This document shows positions 8,533-17,701 of a stretch of DNA of 31,450 nucleotides, in pieces (within the stretch, counting starts at the first letter, position 1; every line of letters starts with the position of its first letter). The position numbers and the translations under genes are program-made. The stretch is from assembly GCA_964355865.1 (NCBI GenBank), contig CAYHFH010000001.1, forward strand, positions 6,184 to 37,633. The letters are read 5' to 3'. The DNA comes from an uncultured Gammaproteobacteria bacterium (GTDB lineage: Bacteria; Patescibacteriota; Microgenomatia; UBA10105; UBA927). Under the pieces are notes generated by a model that was not told the DNA's origin, did no database searches, and saw nothing but the letters and a program-made list of their open reading frames with translations.

Positions 8533-9222
8533 TTAAAATGTAACAACTGGTTTGTCGAAACGCAAATCTACAGTTGTGGGCAGCGTACCTTTTATTCTAA
8601 ACCCCGCTATCACTGTTTGTAAAGTACGGATGAGAAAAGGGATATCGGCGTGTTGAGGAAACATGATACTCATCATGGCGCTTTGAGCCCGTAAGGACGA
8701 CGTATCGTTCATGGTAATATCCCGGATTGGCAAAAAATTCTGCGTCTCCCGCATAAAGTTTACAGACGCCAATACCGCCTGATCGGAAATTTTCACACCC
8801 GGCAGCACCCCTCCCACTGCGATACGAATCACAGGCAATCCGGTTTCCAATGGATATTGCTTGAGTACGATCCCCTGTTCATCGAGAAGATACGTCTCGC
8901 GGTCAATTCCTGCGATGACAAATGGCTTACGGGGGACGGCAGTGATCCGCAATGTATTAGGATATTTTTTTTGGATGGTGACCATACCAACAAGCGGATA
9001 GTCACGCAATACTTGTTGTGTCACCTGTCCCACGGGGAAAAAAAGGAGATTTTTGGGTAATGTAGCCGAATCAACTTCTATCTGAATTCCTTCCCCAGCC
9101 ACTTCCACATTCCTAATCGTGAATATCCGGTTTATCCCCCAGAAAAAAGATACACATATCGCTCCACCGACAAGCAATACGACGATACGTCCGAACTTAC
9201 GCCCCACAAATACGCGTCTCAT
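8533..9222 (-). CDS. ftsQ: Cell division protein FtsQ/DivIB
   Basis: Single N-terminal TM, POTRA-like segment (KKYPNTLRI), C-terminal VDLRFDKPVV, position between murG and ftsA. ATG 9222 overlaps the murG stop (ATGA); alternative start 9285. Confidence 0.85.
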   Translation of the reverse strand: MRRVFVGRKFGRIVVLLVGGAICVSFFWGINRIFTIRNVEVAGEGIQIEVDSATLPKNLLFFPVGQVTQQVLRDYPLVGMVTIQKKYPNTLRITAVPRKPFVIAGIDRETYLLDEQGIVLKQYPLETGLPVIRIAVGGVLPGVKISDQAVLASVNFMRETQNFLPIRDITMNDTSSLRAQSAMMSIMFPQHADIPFLIRTLQTVIAGFRIKGTLPTTVDLRFDKPVVTF

Positions 9223-10313
9223 GAATGGTTGAGTCTGGCAATACCTTCTTCGATTGCTTTGACGACTCTCAATGCTCCATCGCATGGATACTGGTTTGCA
9301 ACTTCTCCGGCTTTCTTTTTATAAAGGGGTAATGATTTCATCATGCTATTTATTTGAGCCGCGAGTGTCTCTCCGGTTAGTGTTTTTTGATCCAACAGGA
9401 CCGCCATCCCTTCGTCCACTAAGGTTTGCGCATTGATCCTCTGTTCGTCACCTGCCGCCCACGGAAGCGGAATAAATAATGCAGGGACACCCAGAGCAGC
9501 CACTTCCGCGGTCGTGTTTGCGCCGGATCTGCCAACGAGGAGAGCGGCATGATGATAGATCCACGACAACTGCCCCACATCGATATACCCAACCGGGTTG
9601 TAGTGGCTTCGATACTCCGGGGAAATCCCATTACGGACACGACGTGCGTTTTCCAGATCCTGCGCCCCTACCTGATGAATAATATGAAACGATTGACTCA
9701 AACCAGTGAGTAATGGATAGATGAGCGCATTAAGCGACTGTGCTCCCGTACTCCCGCCGGTAATATAAAGTATGGGGAATGGAGTATCGGATAAATATGA
9801 CTGCTCCGGTTCCGGCACCGGATCAAATAATGATTGACGTATTGGCACTCCAACGTCCCGGGCCAAAAGCACCCGCATAGCCATACGGGCAATGATCCTG
9901 TTGGAGAGTCCCAAATCCATCGTCTGTTCGTGAGTCACGATCTCAACATTGAGGAGCTTCCCCGCAAGAACTACCGGAAGAGCAATGTATCCGCCGAAAG
10001 ACAGGATGAGACTTGGACGGAGCCGCATAAGCCACAAAAACGCAGTTGCCATACCCAACGGTATTTTCAACAAAGACAATACGGTAAACGGCGACCACGA
10101 ACGCTGAAATCTGCCCGTTGTGAGCCCATGAAACGGTATTCCAAGGGCACGGACTAACCGCTCTTCCTCAGATTGAATCGCTGCGCCTTCAAACGAATTT
10201 CGTCTCCCGATAAAAACCATCTTCCAATCAGGATGAATTCTCTGTATTTGCTCAATGACGGCGAGGGCTGGCGTTAAGTGTCCGCCGGTTATAGCGATAA
10301 GAGGCTGTTTCAT
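9219..10313 (-). CDS. murG: UDP-GlcNAc:lipid I GlcNAc transferase MurG
   Basis: TGGHLTPA, FGGYIALP, HEQ, TGGSTGA, GRSGANT and EQRINA motifs. Start at ATG 10313 overlapping the ftsW stop; the upstream 77 codons of the ORF track are spurious. Confidence 0.95.
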   Translation of the reverse strand: MKQPLIAITGGHLTPALAVIEQIQRIHPDWKMVFIGRRNSFEGAAIQSEEERLVRALGIPFHGLTTGRFQRSWSPFTVLSLLKIPLGMATAFLWLMRLRPSLILSFGGYIALPVVLAGKLLNVEIVTHEQTMDLGLSNRIIARMAMRVLLARDVGVPIRQSLFDPVPEPEQSYLSDTPFPILYITGGSTGAQSLNALIYPLLTGLSQSFHIIHQVGAQDLENARRVRNGISPEYRSHYNPVGYIDVGQLSWIYHHAALLVGRSGANTTAEVAALGVPALFIPLPWAAGDEQRINAQTLVDEGMAVLLDQKTLTGETLAAQINSMMKSLPLYKKKAGEVANQYPCDGALRVVKAIEEGIARLNHS

Positions 10314-11386
10314 ATTTTTTGTTGACGGCTGATATTTAATACAATTCCGGATGCGGCAAGTAAAATCACGAGACTTGATCCGCCATACGAAATAAACGGC
10401 AACGGAATGCCGGTGAGTGGCACAAGCGCTGACATGGCACCTATATTGAGTATACTTTGTATACCTATCCACGAAGCTATACCCGATGCGAGTAATTTTC
10501 CAAACGGATCGACGGCACGCGCTGCGATCCAAAAGACACGCCATACAAAAAATGCAAAGGCACCGGCGATGAATGTCGTCCCGACAAAACCAGTTTCTTC
10601 TCCAATGATAGCGAAAATTGAATCAGTATTTGCCTCGGGAAGATACTCGTATTTTTGTCTGGATTTTCCGATCCCTATCCCCGTGAGTCCTCCTGATCCC
10701 AGGCTGATGAGTACCTGTCTGATTTGATACGAAGCACCGAGAGGATCACTTTCGGGATTAAAGTACGTCGTGAGCCTACGGAACCGGTAGGGGGAAGAAA
10801 TTGCAAGAACGACGACACCAACTATGACGAGAGGCAGGAGAAAGGCAAAATGTTTGATTGGCGCACCGGACAAAAAATACATGACGAGAGCAGTTCCGGC
10901 GATGATGACTGCCGTCCCCAAATCCGGCTCCAACATCACTAAGCCAAAAATAATACCGGTCAATAAAAGAAATGCACCGAATCTCTTTTTTTCTTTTACA
11001 CTTAACCACGCAGCAAGATAGATAATCAATACGAGCTTGGCTGCCTCTGCCGGCTGCAGGATAAATACTCCAAAATTCAACCACCGGTGTGCGCCGAGCG
11101 CTCGCACGCCAAATCCGGGAATAAATACGGCCATGAGGAGTACCATGACACCGATAATTGCTGGTAATGCAAATCGGTACCAGATATGGTAATCAATGCG
11201 AGAGAGGACAACCATGGCAACAATACCGATCCCTAACCATTTCAACTGCTCACGGGCATAATAGTATTGATTTCCAAAATCCCGTATGGCTATGGCGACG
11301 GACGAATCATAGACCATGAGTACGCCGAAAAACGACAGGAACAGAACGATCCCGACAAGCCAACGGTCGATAAGTTTTATTTTCAT
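10310..11386 (-). CDS. ftsW: SEDS peptidoglycan polymerase FtsW
   Basis: GAHRW..QPAEAAK, EPDLGT, YQIRQ..GSGG..G.G.G.S, LPEANTDSIFA and TGIPLPFISYGGSS motifs. Confidence 0.96.
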   Translation of the reverse strand: MKIKLIDRWLVGIVLFLSFFGVLMVYDSSVAIAIRDFGNQYYYAREQLKWLGIGIVAMVVLSRIDYHIWYRFALPAIIGVMVLLMAVFIPGFGVRALGAHRWLNFGVFILQPAEAAKLVLIIYLAAWLSVKEKKRFGAFLLLTGIIFGLVMLEPDLGTAVIIAGTALVMYFLSGAPIKHFAFLLPLVIVGVVVLAISSPYRFRRLTTYFNPESDPLGASYQIRQVLISLGSGGLTGIGIGKSRQKYEYLPEANTDSIFAIIGEETGFVGTTFIAGAFAFFVWRVFWIAARAVDPFGKLLASGIASWIGIQSILNIGAMSALVPLTGIPLPFISYGGSSLVILLAASGIVLNISRQQKI

Positions 11387-11388
11387 TG

Positions 11389-12777
11389 TTATCTCAATAA
11401 CGCTCCTACTTCATCCTTAAATTGTACTCCCCGCACTTTATAATTAGGAAACATATCAAAAGACGCGCACGCCGGCGATAAAAGTACGACATCACCCGGG
11501 AGTGCTTCTTTGGATGCGCGTTGAACAATCTCTTTCATCGTACGAAGCCCGGTAATGCATGTACCCGTATAGCCGCCACCCGCAACGGCTTTGACGATAC
11601 GTCCGGTCATTTCCCCGATGACAATGAGTGACCGCACGCGGGAATGAGCGATCACCACTCCCATTTCCGTAAAATCCGAACCCTTCTCTGATCCCCCCAC
11701 GATGAGGACCATAGACGATTCAAACGATTTGACCGCGGCTATCGCCGTTTCCGGCACAGTTGAAAAAGAATCATTAACATACGAGACTCCGCCGACCTTC
11801 CGCACAAACTCCAACCGATGCTCGAGCCCCGAAAACGTCATTGCTCCTGTCCGAATTGCCGCCACCCCCACGCCGATAGCTCTCGCCGCAAGCGCCGCCG
11901 CTCCGATATTTTCTAAATTATGCTGTCCAAGGAGCTTCACAGATTCCCGGTCAACAAGCTTTGTCGATTTACCGTCAATACGCAGATGGACCGCGTGACC
12001 GGCGATATACGCATCGGCTTCAGGATCAAGACTGCTAAAGCATACGCGCTGAGCCTTTGACACGCCCGAAAATGAATATGACGTCGGATCATCCTTGTTG
12101 ACGATGACCACATCCTCTTTTGTTTGGTACCGGACGATAGATTTTTTGGATTGCACATACGATTCTTTCGTCTCATGAAAATTAGTCGCAAGCGTATCAA
12201 AGTTTGCCAAATGCTCCTGTGTGGTCTTCAAAATAACAGCAATATGCGGACTTTGGGTAAGATCTTCAAGTTGAAATGATGAGAGCTCGAGGACTACCAA
12301 GTCATTAGGGGTGATCGTGTCCACCCGAGAAAGAAGCGGCGTGCCAACATTACCCCCAAGATGCACAGTTTTTCCTGCCGCCGTAAGCATGGACGCGATG
12401 AGTGTACTCGTTGTTCCTTTTCCCTTGGTTCCGGTCACGCCAATAATCGGTGCGGCACACTCGGTGAAAAATAATTTGGTGAGACTGGTAATCTCTCCTC
12501 CTCTACGGGCAAAGTCAATAAGCTCGGGCAACCGCGGAGACATACCGGGAGTACGCACCACCATCTCAAAATTGTTGAGATGTTGTAAATATGTTTCGCC
12601 CAACTGAAACGAAACACCAAGTGATGAAGCCCATGGATATACCGAACCTAATGCGTCTTTTTCCCTGCGATCGCAGCACGTGATGACGGCTCCCCGCGCG
12701 TGAAGAAACTTCACTGTATCACACCCTTCTGTGGATATCCCCAACACTGCGATATGTTTACCCTTAAAGTCGCGCAT
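11389..12777 (-). CDS. murD: UDP-MurNAc-L-Ala:D-glutamate ligase MurD
   Basis: GVTGTKGKGTT P-loop, GGNVGTP, LELSSFQL, EHRLE, NDSFST and LLSPACASFDMF. ATG 12777 chosen (ORF track begins at TTG 12783). Confidence 0.97.
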   Translation of the reverse strand: MRDFKGKHIAVLGISTEGCDTVKFLHARGAVITCCDRREKDALGSVYPWASSLGVSFQLGETYLQHLNNFEMVVRTPGMSPRLPELIDFARRGGEITSLTKLFFTECAAPIIGVTGTKGKGTTSTLIASMLTAAGKTVHLGGNVGTPLLSRVDTITPNDLVVLELSSFQLEDLTQSPHIAVILKTTQEHLANFDTLATNFHETKESYVQSKKSIVRYQTKEDVVIVNKDDPTSYSFSGVSKAQRVCFSSLDPEADAYIAGHAVHLRIDGKSTKLVDRESVKLLGQHNLENIGAAALAARAIGVGVAAIRTGAMTFSGLEHRLEFVRKVGGVSYVNDSFSTVPETAIAAVKSFESSMVLIVGGSEKGSDFTEMGVVIAHSRVRSLIVIGEMTGRIVKAVAGGGYTGTCITGLRTMKEIVQRASKEALPGDVVLLSPACASFDMFPNYKVRGVQFKDEVGALLR

Positions 12778-13573
12778 AATCAAATTTCAATGCCCGGGCA
12801 AGTAATCCACTTGCTATACGGGACACCTGTGCCGCATCACCTGTGGTATAAAATTCAGTGTACGGCGTGCGGGATAGAGAACGCAACTTTTCCTGATCCA
12901 AAACGCGCCCGACGTGCCGCCCGACTGCCGCTCCCGAATCAATGATGGCAATCTTTCCCCCCACGAGGCGCGCAATAACCGGCTTCATAAAGGGATAATG
13001 CGTGCACCCGAGCACGATCACGTCAACATTTCGGAATACTTTTGGATCAAGATACTTCCGTACAATTTTTTCTATCGCTTCGCTGGCGTTTCCCCTCTCA
13101 ATAGAAGTTGCCAAATCAGGGATTCCTATATTTTCGACTGTACAATCTCCCGCATACATGGTTATTAATCGTTTCTGATAGGCACTGCCGGCAGTATTTG
13201 GGGTGGAAAGCACGGCGACATGCTTGGTCTTCGTGAGCGTTACTGCCGTCTTTACGACCGGAACCACGCCGATGATGGGAATCCGGGGGTACCACCGCCG
13301 ATACAGGTCTATCCCGGTCACCGTTGCGGTATTACAGGCGATGACGACCATCTTCACTTTTTTTTGCAATAAAAAACCGATCAGAAGTCTGACCCGGCGT
13401 CGTATCTCGGGGGCACTTCGTTCGCCATAGGGTTGATATGCGTGATCACCTATATAAATAGTTGATTCGCGCGGCAGTTGCGCGCTCACCTCGTCCCATA
13501 TGGTAAGTCCACCGAGACCGGAATCCAAAAATCCGATTGGGGCATTTTGTCTGTCATGTTGTAGGTCACCCAT
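12764..13573 (-). CDS. murI: Glutamate racemase
   Basis: DSGLGGL, YIGDHA..PYGE, and both catalytic cysteine motifs IACNTAT and LGCTHYP. Confidence 0.97.
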   Translation of the reverse strand: MGDLQHDRQNAPIGFLDSGLGGLTIWDEVSAQLPRESTIYIGDHAYQPYGERSAPEIRRRVRLLIGFLLQKKVKMVVIACNTATVTGIDLYRRWYPRIPIIGVVPVVKTAVTLTKTKHVAVLSTPNTAGSAYQKRLITMYAGDCTVENIGIPDLATSIERGNASEAIEKIVRKYLDPKVFRNVDVIVLGCTHYPFMKPVIARLVGGKIAIIDSGAAVGRHVGRVLDQEKLRSLSRTPYTEFYTTGDAAQVSRIASGLLARALKFDYARL

Positions 13574-13577
13574 ACCG

Positions 13578-14630
13578 TTACAGGAGAGGCGATTTTGTCA
13601 GAAGTGCAATAAACAGACCAAAGAGTGCAAATACTATGGAAATGATCCAAAACCGCGTCACGATCTTGGGTTCCGGCCATCCATGATATTGAAGCCAAAG
13701 GTGAAAAGGGGCAACAGGAAATACTTTCCGGTGAAAAAACTTTTTGGATAAAAGCTGAACGAGCGACGAAAAAACTTCCAACACAAATACTCCGCCGATG
13801 ACGAGGAGTGCTGGCGCTTTCCCCAATATGAGACCGACGACCGCAAGGGTTGCGCCAAAGGAAAGTGCGCCAACATCACCTAAAAAGATACGCGCAGGGT
13901 AAACATTAAAGTAAAGAAACGCAATGACTCCCCCGAGCCAAAGAGCAATAAACACCGACAAGGGTGTATCCAAAATTGACGCAGAAATGATCCAGAAGGC
14001 GCTCAGTGCGATCATAAGTACTCCGGATGCCAACCCGTCCAGACCATCGGTGATGTTAAACGCGTTGGCAAAAGCAATAATGATGAAAGCGGCAAATGGC
14101 ACGAACCACCAGCCCAAATGAAATACGCCCAACAGTGGGATATAAAAAATATCTATTTTGAGATCCTGCACAAGCCAAAAACCAATGATGGTGGCTATGA
14201 CTATCTCAAGGATAAGTTTATGTCGGAGACGGAGTCCAAAAAAGTCACGTTCTTTCATCCATGAAAACGTTTTCTTCATATCATCGACAAGCCCCAACAG
14301 TCCGAATGAAACGAAGGTAAAAAGGAGTATTTTTATTTCACTGCCTATGGCATGCACCGCAGTGATAGGGACCCAAAAATAATGAAGGGTAAGCATGATC
14401 ATGGGGAACAGGATCGTAGTGAGAAGAATGATGAGCAATCCCCCTCCCACCGGAGTCCCGACTTTATTTTTATGAAGTTTATCAAATATAGGAGTACGTT
14501 TTTCAAACGCATCCCGTGTTTTTTGAGCAAGACGCTGAAACCGCCATGTATACAGGAGCCGGATGAACGGAATATACAATATGCTATGGACAAACCAAGA
14601 AAATAATACAACCCCGAGCAATAACACCAT
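13578..14630 (-). CDS. mraY: Phospho-N-acetylmuramoyl-pentapeptide transferase MraY
   Basis: K.GTP.GGG, GLVDD, NAFNITDGLDGLA, FLGDVGA and APFHL motifs. Confidence 0.96.
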   Translation of the reverse strand: MVLLLGVVLFSWFVHSILYIPFIRLLYTWRFQRLAQKTRDAFEKRTPIFDKLHKNKVGTPVGGGLLIILLTTILFPMIMLTLHYFWVPITAVHAIGSEIKILLFTFVSFGLLGLVDDMKKTFSWMKERDFFGLRLRHKLILEIVIATIIGFWLVQDLKIDIFYIPLLGVFHLGWWFVPFAAFIIIAFANAFNITDGLDGLASGVLMIALSAFWIISASILDTPLSVFIALWLGGVIAFLYFNVYPARIFLGDVGALSFGATLAVVGLILGKAPALLVIGGVFVLEVFSSLVQLLSKKFFHRKVFPVAPFHLWLQYHGWPEPKIVTRFWIISIVFALFGLFIALLTKSPLL

Positions 14631-14646
14631 ATGAAAATATTCTTAT

Positions 14647-15009
14647 TTAACCGAATAAGTACGGAAGAAATATGATCGCTGCCACGATGAGCGCTCCTAA
14701 GGCGGTGATAAGCATCATGCCGGCAGATACATCCTTAGCTATTTTTGCCTCTTGCCGCCACTCCCGGGTAATTAAATCCGTCATGGACTCGATGGCCGTA
14801 TTGATCATTTCCGCGGATAACCCCAAAACGATAGTAAAAACGAGGATAAGCAGTTCAATTCGGGTGACGGTAAACCACCACGCTCCGGCGAGCGTTAGCG
14901 CGGAAAGCACGAGATGTACCCGGAAATTTGGTTGCGTTTGGATTGCCCATTGGATCCCGCCAATCGCGGTTTTAAGCGATATATGATGTTTTCGGAGTAT
15001 CTCCCTCAT
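14647..15009 (-). CDS. dgkA: Prokaryotic diacylglycerol/undecaprenol kinase
   Basis: Three TM segments with EMINTAIE..TDL and AKIAKDVSAG. Start placed at MREILRKH (15009), 6 nt after the upstream stop. Confidence 0.9.
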   Translation of the reverse strand: MREILRKHHISLKTAIGGIQWAIQTQPNFRVHLVLSALTLAGAWWFTVTRIELLILVFTIVLGLSAEMINTAIESMTDLITREWRQEAKIAKDVSAGMMLITALGALIVAAIIFLPYLFG

Positions 15010-15014
15010 ACGGC

Positions 15015-16046
15015 CTAAATCAAGTATAGCACACTGGAATACCCCCGTCTTCGTTCCTGCCACCACTCGAAGGCTCTCGTAAGCCCGTAAAGCGGGGAGA
15101 TGGGGTAATCCTGAGCATGAATTTTCACGGTTTCCATACCTCCAAATCCACGCTTAAAAAGCGAATGTCCGGCCCATGGATGCGATATATTGACCTGGGG
15201 TGACACGCCCCAAAAGTTATACCATGCGAGTCCCCGCTCGCGGGCCATACGGATGGCTGCCCATTGCACGGCATAATTGACCGGGGCCTTGCTGGGAATC
15301 GATGCGCCATGATGATAGATCGCCTGATTTCCGGAAAAAAGTATTATTGCGGCACTCATGAGTGTCTGCTCATAATATCCCAACAGTAATACGGCATTTC
15401 CTGTTTTGGCATACACCGCAAACTCCTCAGCGACACCTTCATGCTCCACAAAATGCTGTCGTTTGGAGGTCGCTCGGTAGAGGTCAAAAAACTTTTCTAA
15501 ATCCTTGGGGTCGAGCGAGCGGACGACGTGAATATCCATTTTTTCCGAACGTCGGATCTCATAGCGTGTTGATTTGCGCATAGCGGAAAGTAACGCATCT
15601 TCCGTTTGCGCGAGCGGGAGGAGCATGCAGCGTTCTGCGTCTACTTCGTGAGTTATGCTTGGCCGGAGACCCAATACAGTGAAGAGCTTGACGTTGTCCG
15701 GGGTATCATCAATTTGCGGACTAAAACGCAAAAACCATGCACCCTCCTGACGGGCTATCGTTTGCAGATAGGCAAGGACCTGCTTCCAATTCGCCAATGT
15801 GTGGCGTTCGAGAATCGGTCCGTGGCGGATATGAAGGTACGTTGCGCGGCGCGCCCGTACAATCATTATTTGAAATATGCCAATGAGACGCGAGTCCTCA
15901 TACAACCCGTATCGGACCAGAGAAAGCGATTGGTTTTTTACTACCTCACCCCACTCCCAGGACTGAAATAGTGCACCGGGTGCATTTTTTTCCCAAAAGC
16001 AATCCCAGACTCCACGGTCATCCAATGGTTCGACATGAAGCTTCAT
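15015..16046 (-). CDS. FemABX-family lipid II aminoacyl (peptidoglycan bridge) transferase
   Basis: FQSWEWG, HGP, RKSTRYEIRR, YHHGAS, YNFWG and FKRGFGG motifs. 343 aa, so it lacks the FemA coiled-coil (FemX-like). Confidence 0.88.
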   Translation of the reverse strand: MKLHVEPLDDRGVWDCFWEKNAPGALFQSWEWGEVVKNQSLSLVRYGLYEDSRLIGIFQIMIVRARRATYLHIRHGPILERHTLANWKQVLAYLQTIARQEGAWFLRFSPQIDDTPDNVKLFTVLGLRPSITHEVDAERCMLLPLAQTEDALLSAMRKSTRYEIRRSEKMDIHVVRSLDPKDLEKFFDLYRATSKRQHFVEHEGVAEEFAVYAKTGNAVLLLGYYEQTLMSAAIILFSGNQAIYHHGASIPSKAPVNYAVQWAAIRMARERGLAWYNFWGVSPQVNISHPWAGHSLFKRGFGGMETVKIHAQDYPISPLYGLTRAFEWWQERRRGYSSVLYLI

Positions 16047-16711
16047 ATGCCTCTATGATACAACGTTTCCCCGCCCACAGTTGTGGGGTCTCCATGTCCG
16101 GGATAGATGATCGTAATTTCAGGTAAATCTACTATCTTCCGAATAGAATGGTTTAGTTGCGCGCGGTCGGAATAGGAAAAATCCGTTCTTCCGACGCTAC
16201 CGCCGAGAAATAACAGGTCGCCAACAAAAATGTTTTGTTCATCCTTGGTCATGATACTCACGCTTCCCGGCGTATGACCGGGAGTAGTTATGATGTGAAA
16301 CGTGATACTCCCGCATGCCAAAACCATACTACGTTCAAGTCCATGCGTTATGATTGGCGGCGGATCTGTACGGGGCACTCCCAAAAAATGTTTTGCGCTC
16401 GCCTCCATGCCATCAAGCAAAAATTGGTCGGAGGGACTCAGATAAAACGGTATGGAATAGGTATGTTGGAGCGCAAACCCCGCCATAACGTGATCAAAGT
16501 GTCCATGTGTGGCAAGTATTGCCATCGGCCTCAGATTGAGTCGAGTCACGGTATCTATGATATATTCCGCGTCATCACCAGGATCGATGATGACCGCAGT
16601 CCCCGCGTTCTCATCCATCACCAAATAACAGTTTGCCTGCATAGCCCCCACGATCAACCGTTTTACGCTATAGGAGGTGGAGGATTCTTTGGAAGATATA
16701 GGCAATCGCAT
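16043..16711 (-). CDS. Metallo-beta-lactamase fold hydrolase (glyoxalase II-like)
   Basis: IDPG, THGHFDH, TPGHTPG, GDLLF, GRTD and PGHG motifs. Confidence 0.92.
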   Translation of the reverse strand: MRLPISSKESSTSYSVKRLIVGAMQANCYLVMDENAGTAVIIDPGDDAEYIIDTVTRLNLRPMAILATHGHFDHVMAGFALQHTYSIPFYLSPSDQFLLDGMEASAKHFLGVPRTDPPPIITHGLERSMVLACGSITFHIITTPGHTPGSVSIMTKDEQNIFVGDLLFLGGSVGRTDFSYSDRAQLNHSIRKIVDLPEITIIYPGHGDPTTVGGETLYHRGI

Positions 16712-16717
16712 GTAGGA

Positions 16718-17689
16718 TTAATCGGCAAAAACCTGCGTGAACATCTTTCCGTAGACATCGCCATCTATGACACCAACTCCGATCCGGCTCCATTCGGCGT
16801 CCAAAATATTTTTCCGGTGTCCTTCGCTATTCATAAGACCCGTATGCGCAGTGGAGACGTCCGGCGCGTATGCTAAATTTTCACCGATGAGTCTATAGGT
16901 AATACCGCCTTGTTTGGCGCGATAACTCACATCATGTCCTTCCGGGCTAAAGTGTGAGAAATATCTCCGCTCAAACATGTCCCGGCTATGACGGCGGGCG
17001 ATATCAGTGAGTTGCACATCGATGCGAAGTTCTCCGAGTCCCAGCTTACTGCGTTCAACGTTGACCAGTGTTACCATTTGTGATTCGCTCTGGGGATCGT
17101 TCGTGAGCTGACTTTGTTCCGGGGCAACATCCAGATTAAGCCGTTCCTCGGACTTTGGCTTAATCGTCACAAATTTCTGCGCTTCCTGGGTGATCGAATC
17201 GAGCGATGATTTCACTTTTCCCCCATAACGCTCTGCCGCCTGTACGAGTTGGCTACCAATTCTCGAATTTTTGATGTCGCGTTTGACCGTGCCACGGCTA
17301 GGGATCGCAAGCACGATGAGCAAAAGATACGAAACAAACAACAGTGCATTGACGACCGCAAATAATGATCCTAACCATTTATTGACGAGCGATCCTACAA
17401 TTTTTTGCGGAATTTTTCGTACCGGCCATTCAAGTATCGAATTAATGATCATCTCCGCAGGAAACGCGAGCACCAGATATCCTAATACGTTCGTCCATAA
17501 TTGAGGAAGCCCAAATTTTTGAATAAGAAATCCACCAGCCTGAACATGAAAACGGATAGCAATCCAGAGTGATGCTAGAAAAGCAAACGTGTTGGATAAA
17601 AGCGATAGGATGCCCTTATCCCATCCTTCATAGACCTGGTAAAGAACAATAATAACGATAATCCAATCGATCCAATTAAACTGCATCAT
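16718..17689 (-). CDS. CvpA-family membrane domain fused to a C-terminal CAP/SCP domain
   Basis: N-terminus NWIDWIIVIIVLYQVYEGWDKG with TM helices (CvpA-like). C-terminus VNVER..LG...ARRHSRDM..YFSH..GENLA..LMNSEGHRKNIL..IGVG (CAP). Confidence 0.85.
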   Translation of the reverse strand: MMQFNWIDWIIVIIVLYQVYEGWDKGILSLLSNTFAFLASLWIAIRFHVQAGGFLIQKFGLPQLWTNVLGYLVLAFPAEMIINSILEWPVRKIPQKIVGSLVNKWLGSLFAVVNALLFVSYLLLIVLAIPSRGTVKRDIKNSRIGSQLVQAAERYGGKVKSSLDSITQEAQKFVTIKPKSEERLNLDVAPEQSQLTNDPQSESQMVTLVNVERSKLGLGELRIDVQLTDIARRHSRDMFERRYFSHFSPEGHDVSYRAKQGGITYRLIGENLAYAPDVSTAHTGLMNSEGHRKNILDAEWSRIGVGVIDGDVYGKMFTQVFAD

Positions 17690-17701
17690 ATAGAGAGTAT
17701 C

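Noticed and set aside
10314-10544. 77-codon N-terminal extension of murG in the ORF track
   Set aside because: It overlaps ftsW out of frame. The ATGA-coupled start at 10313 gives a normal MurG. The extensions of dgkA, rsmH, murB and ftsA were trimmed on similar grounds.
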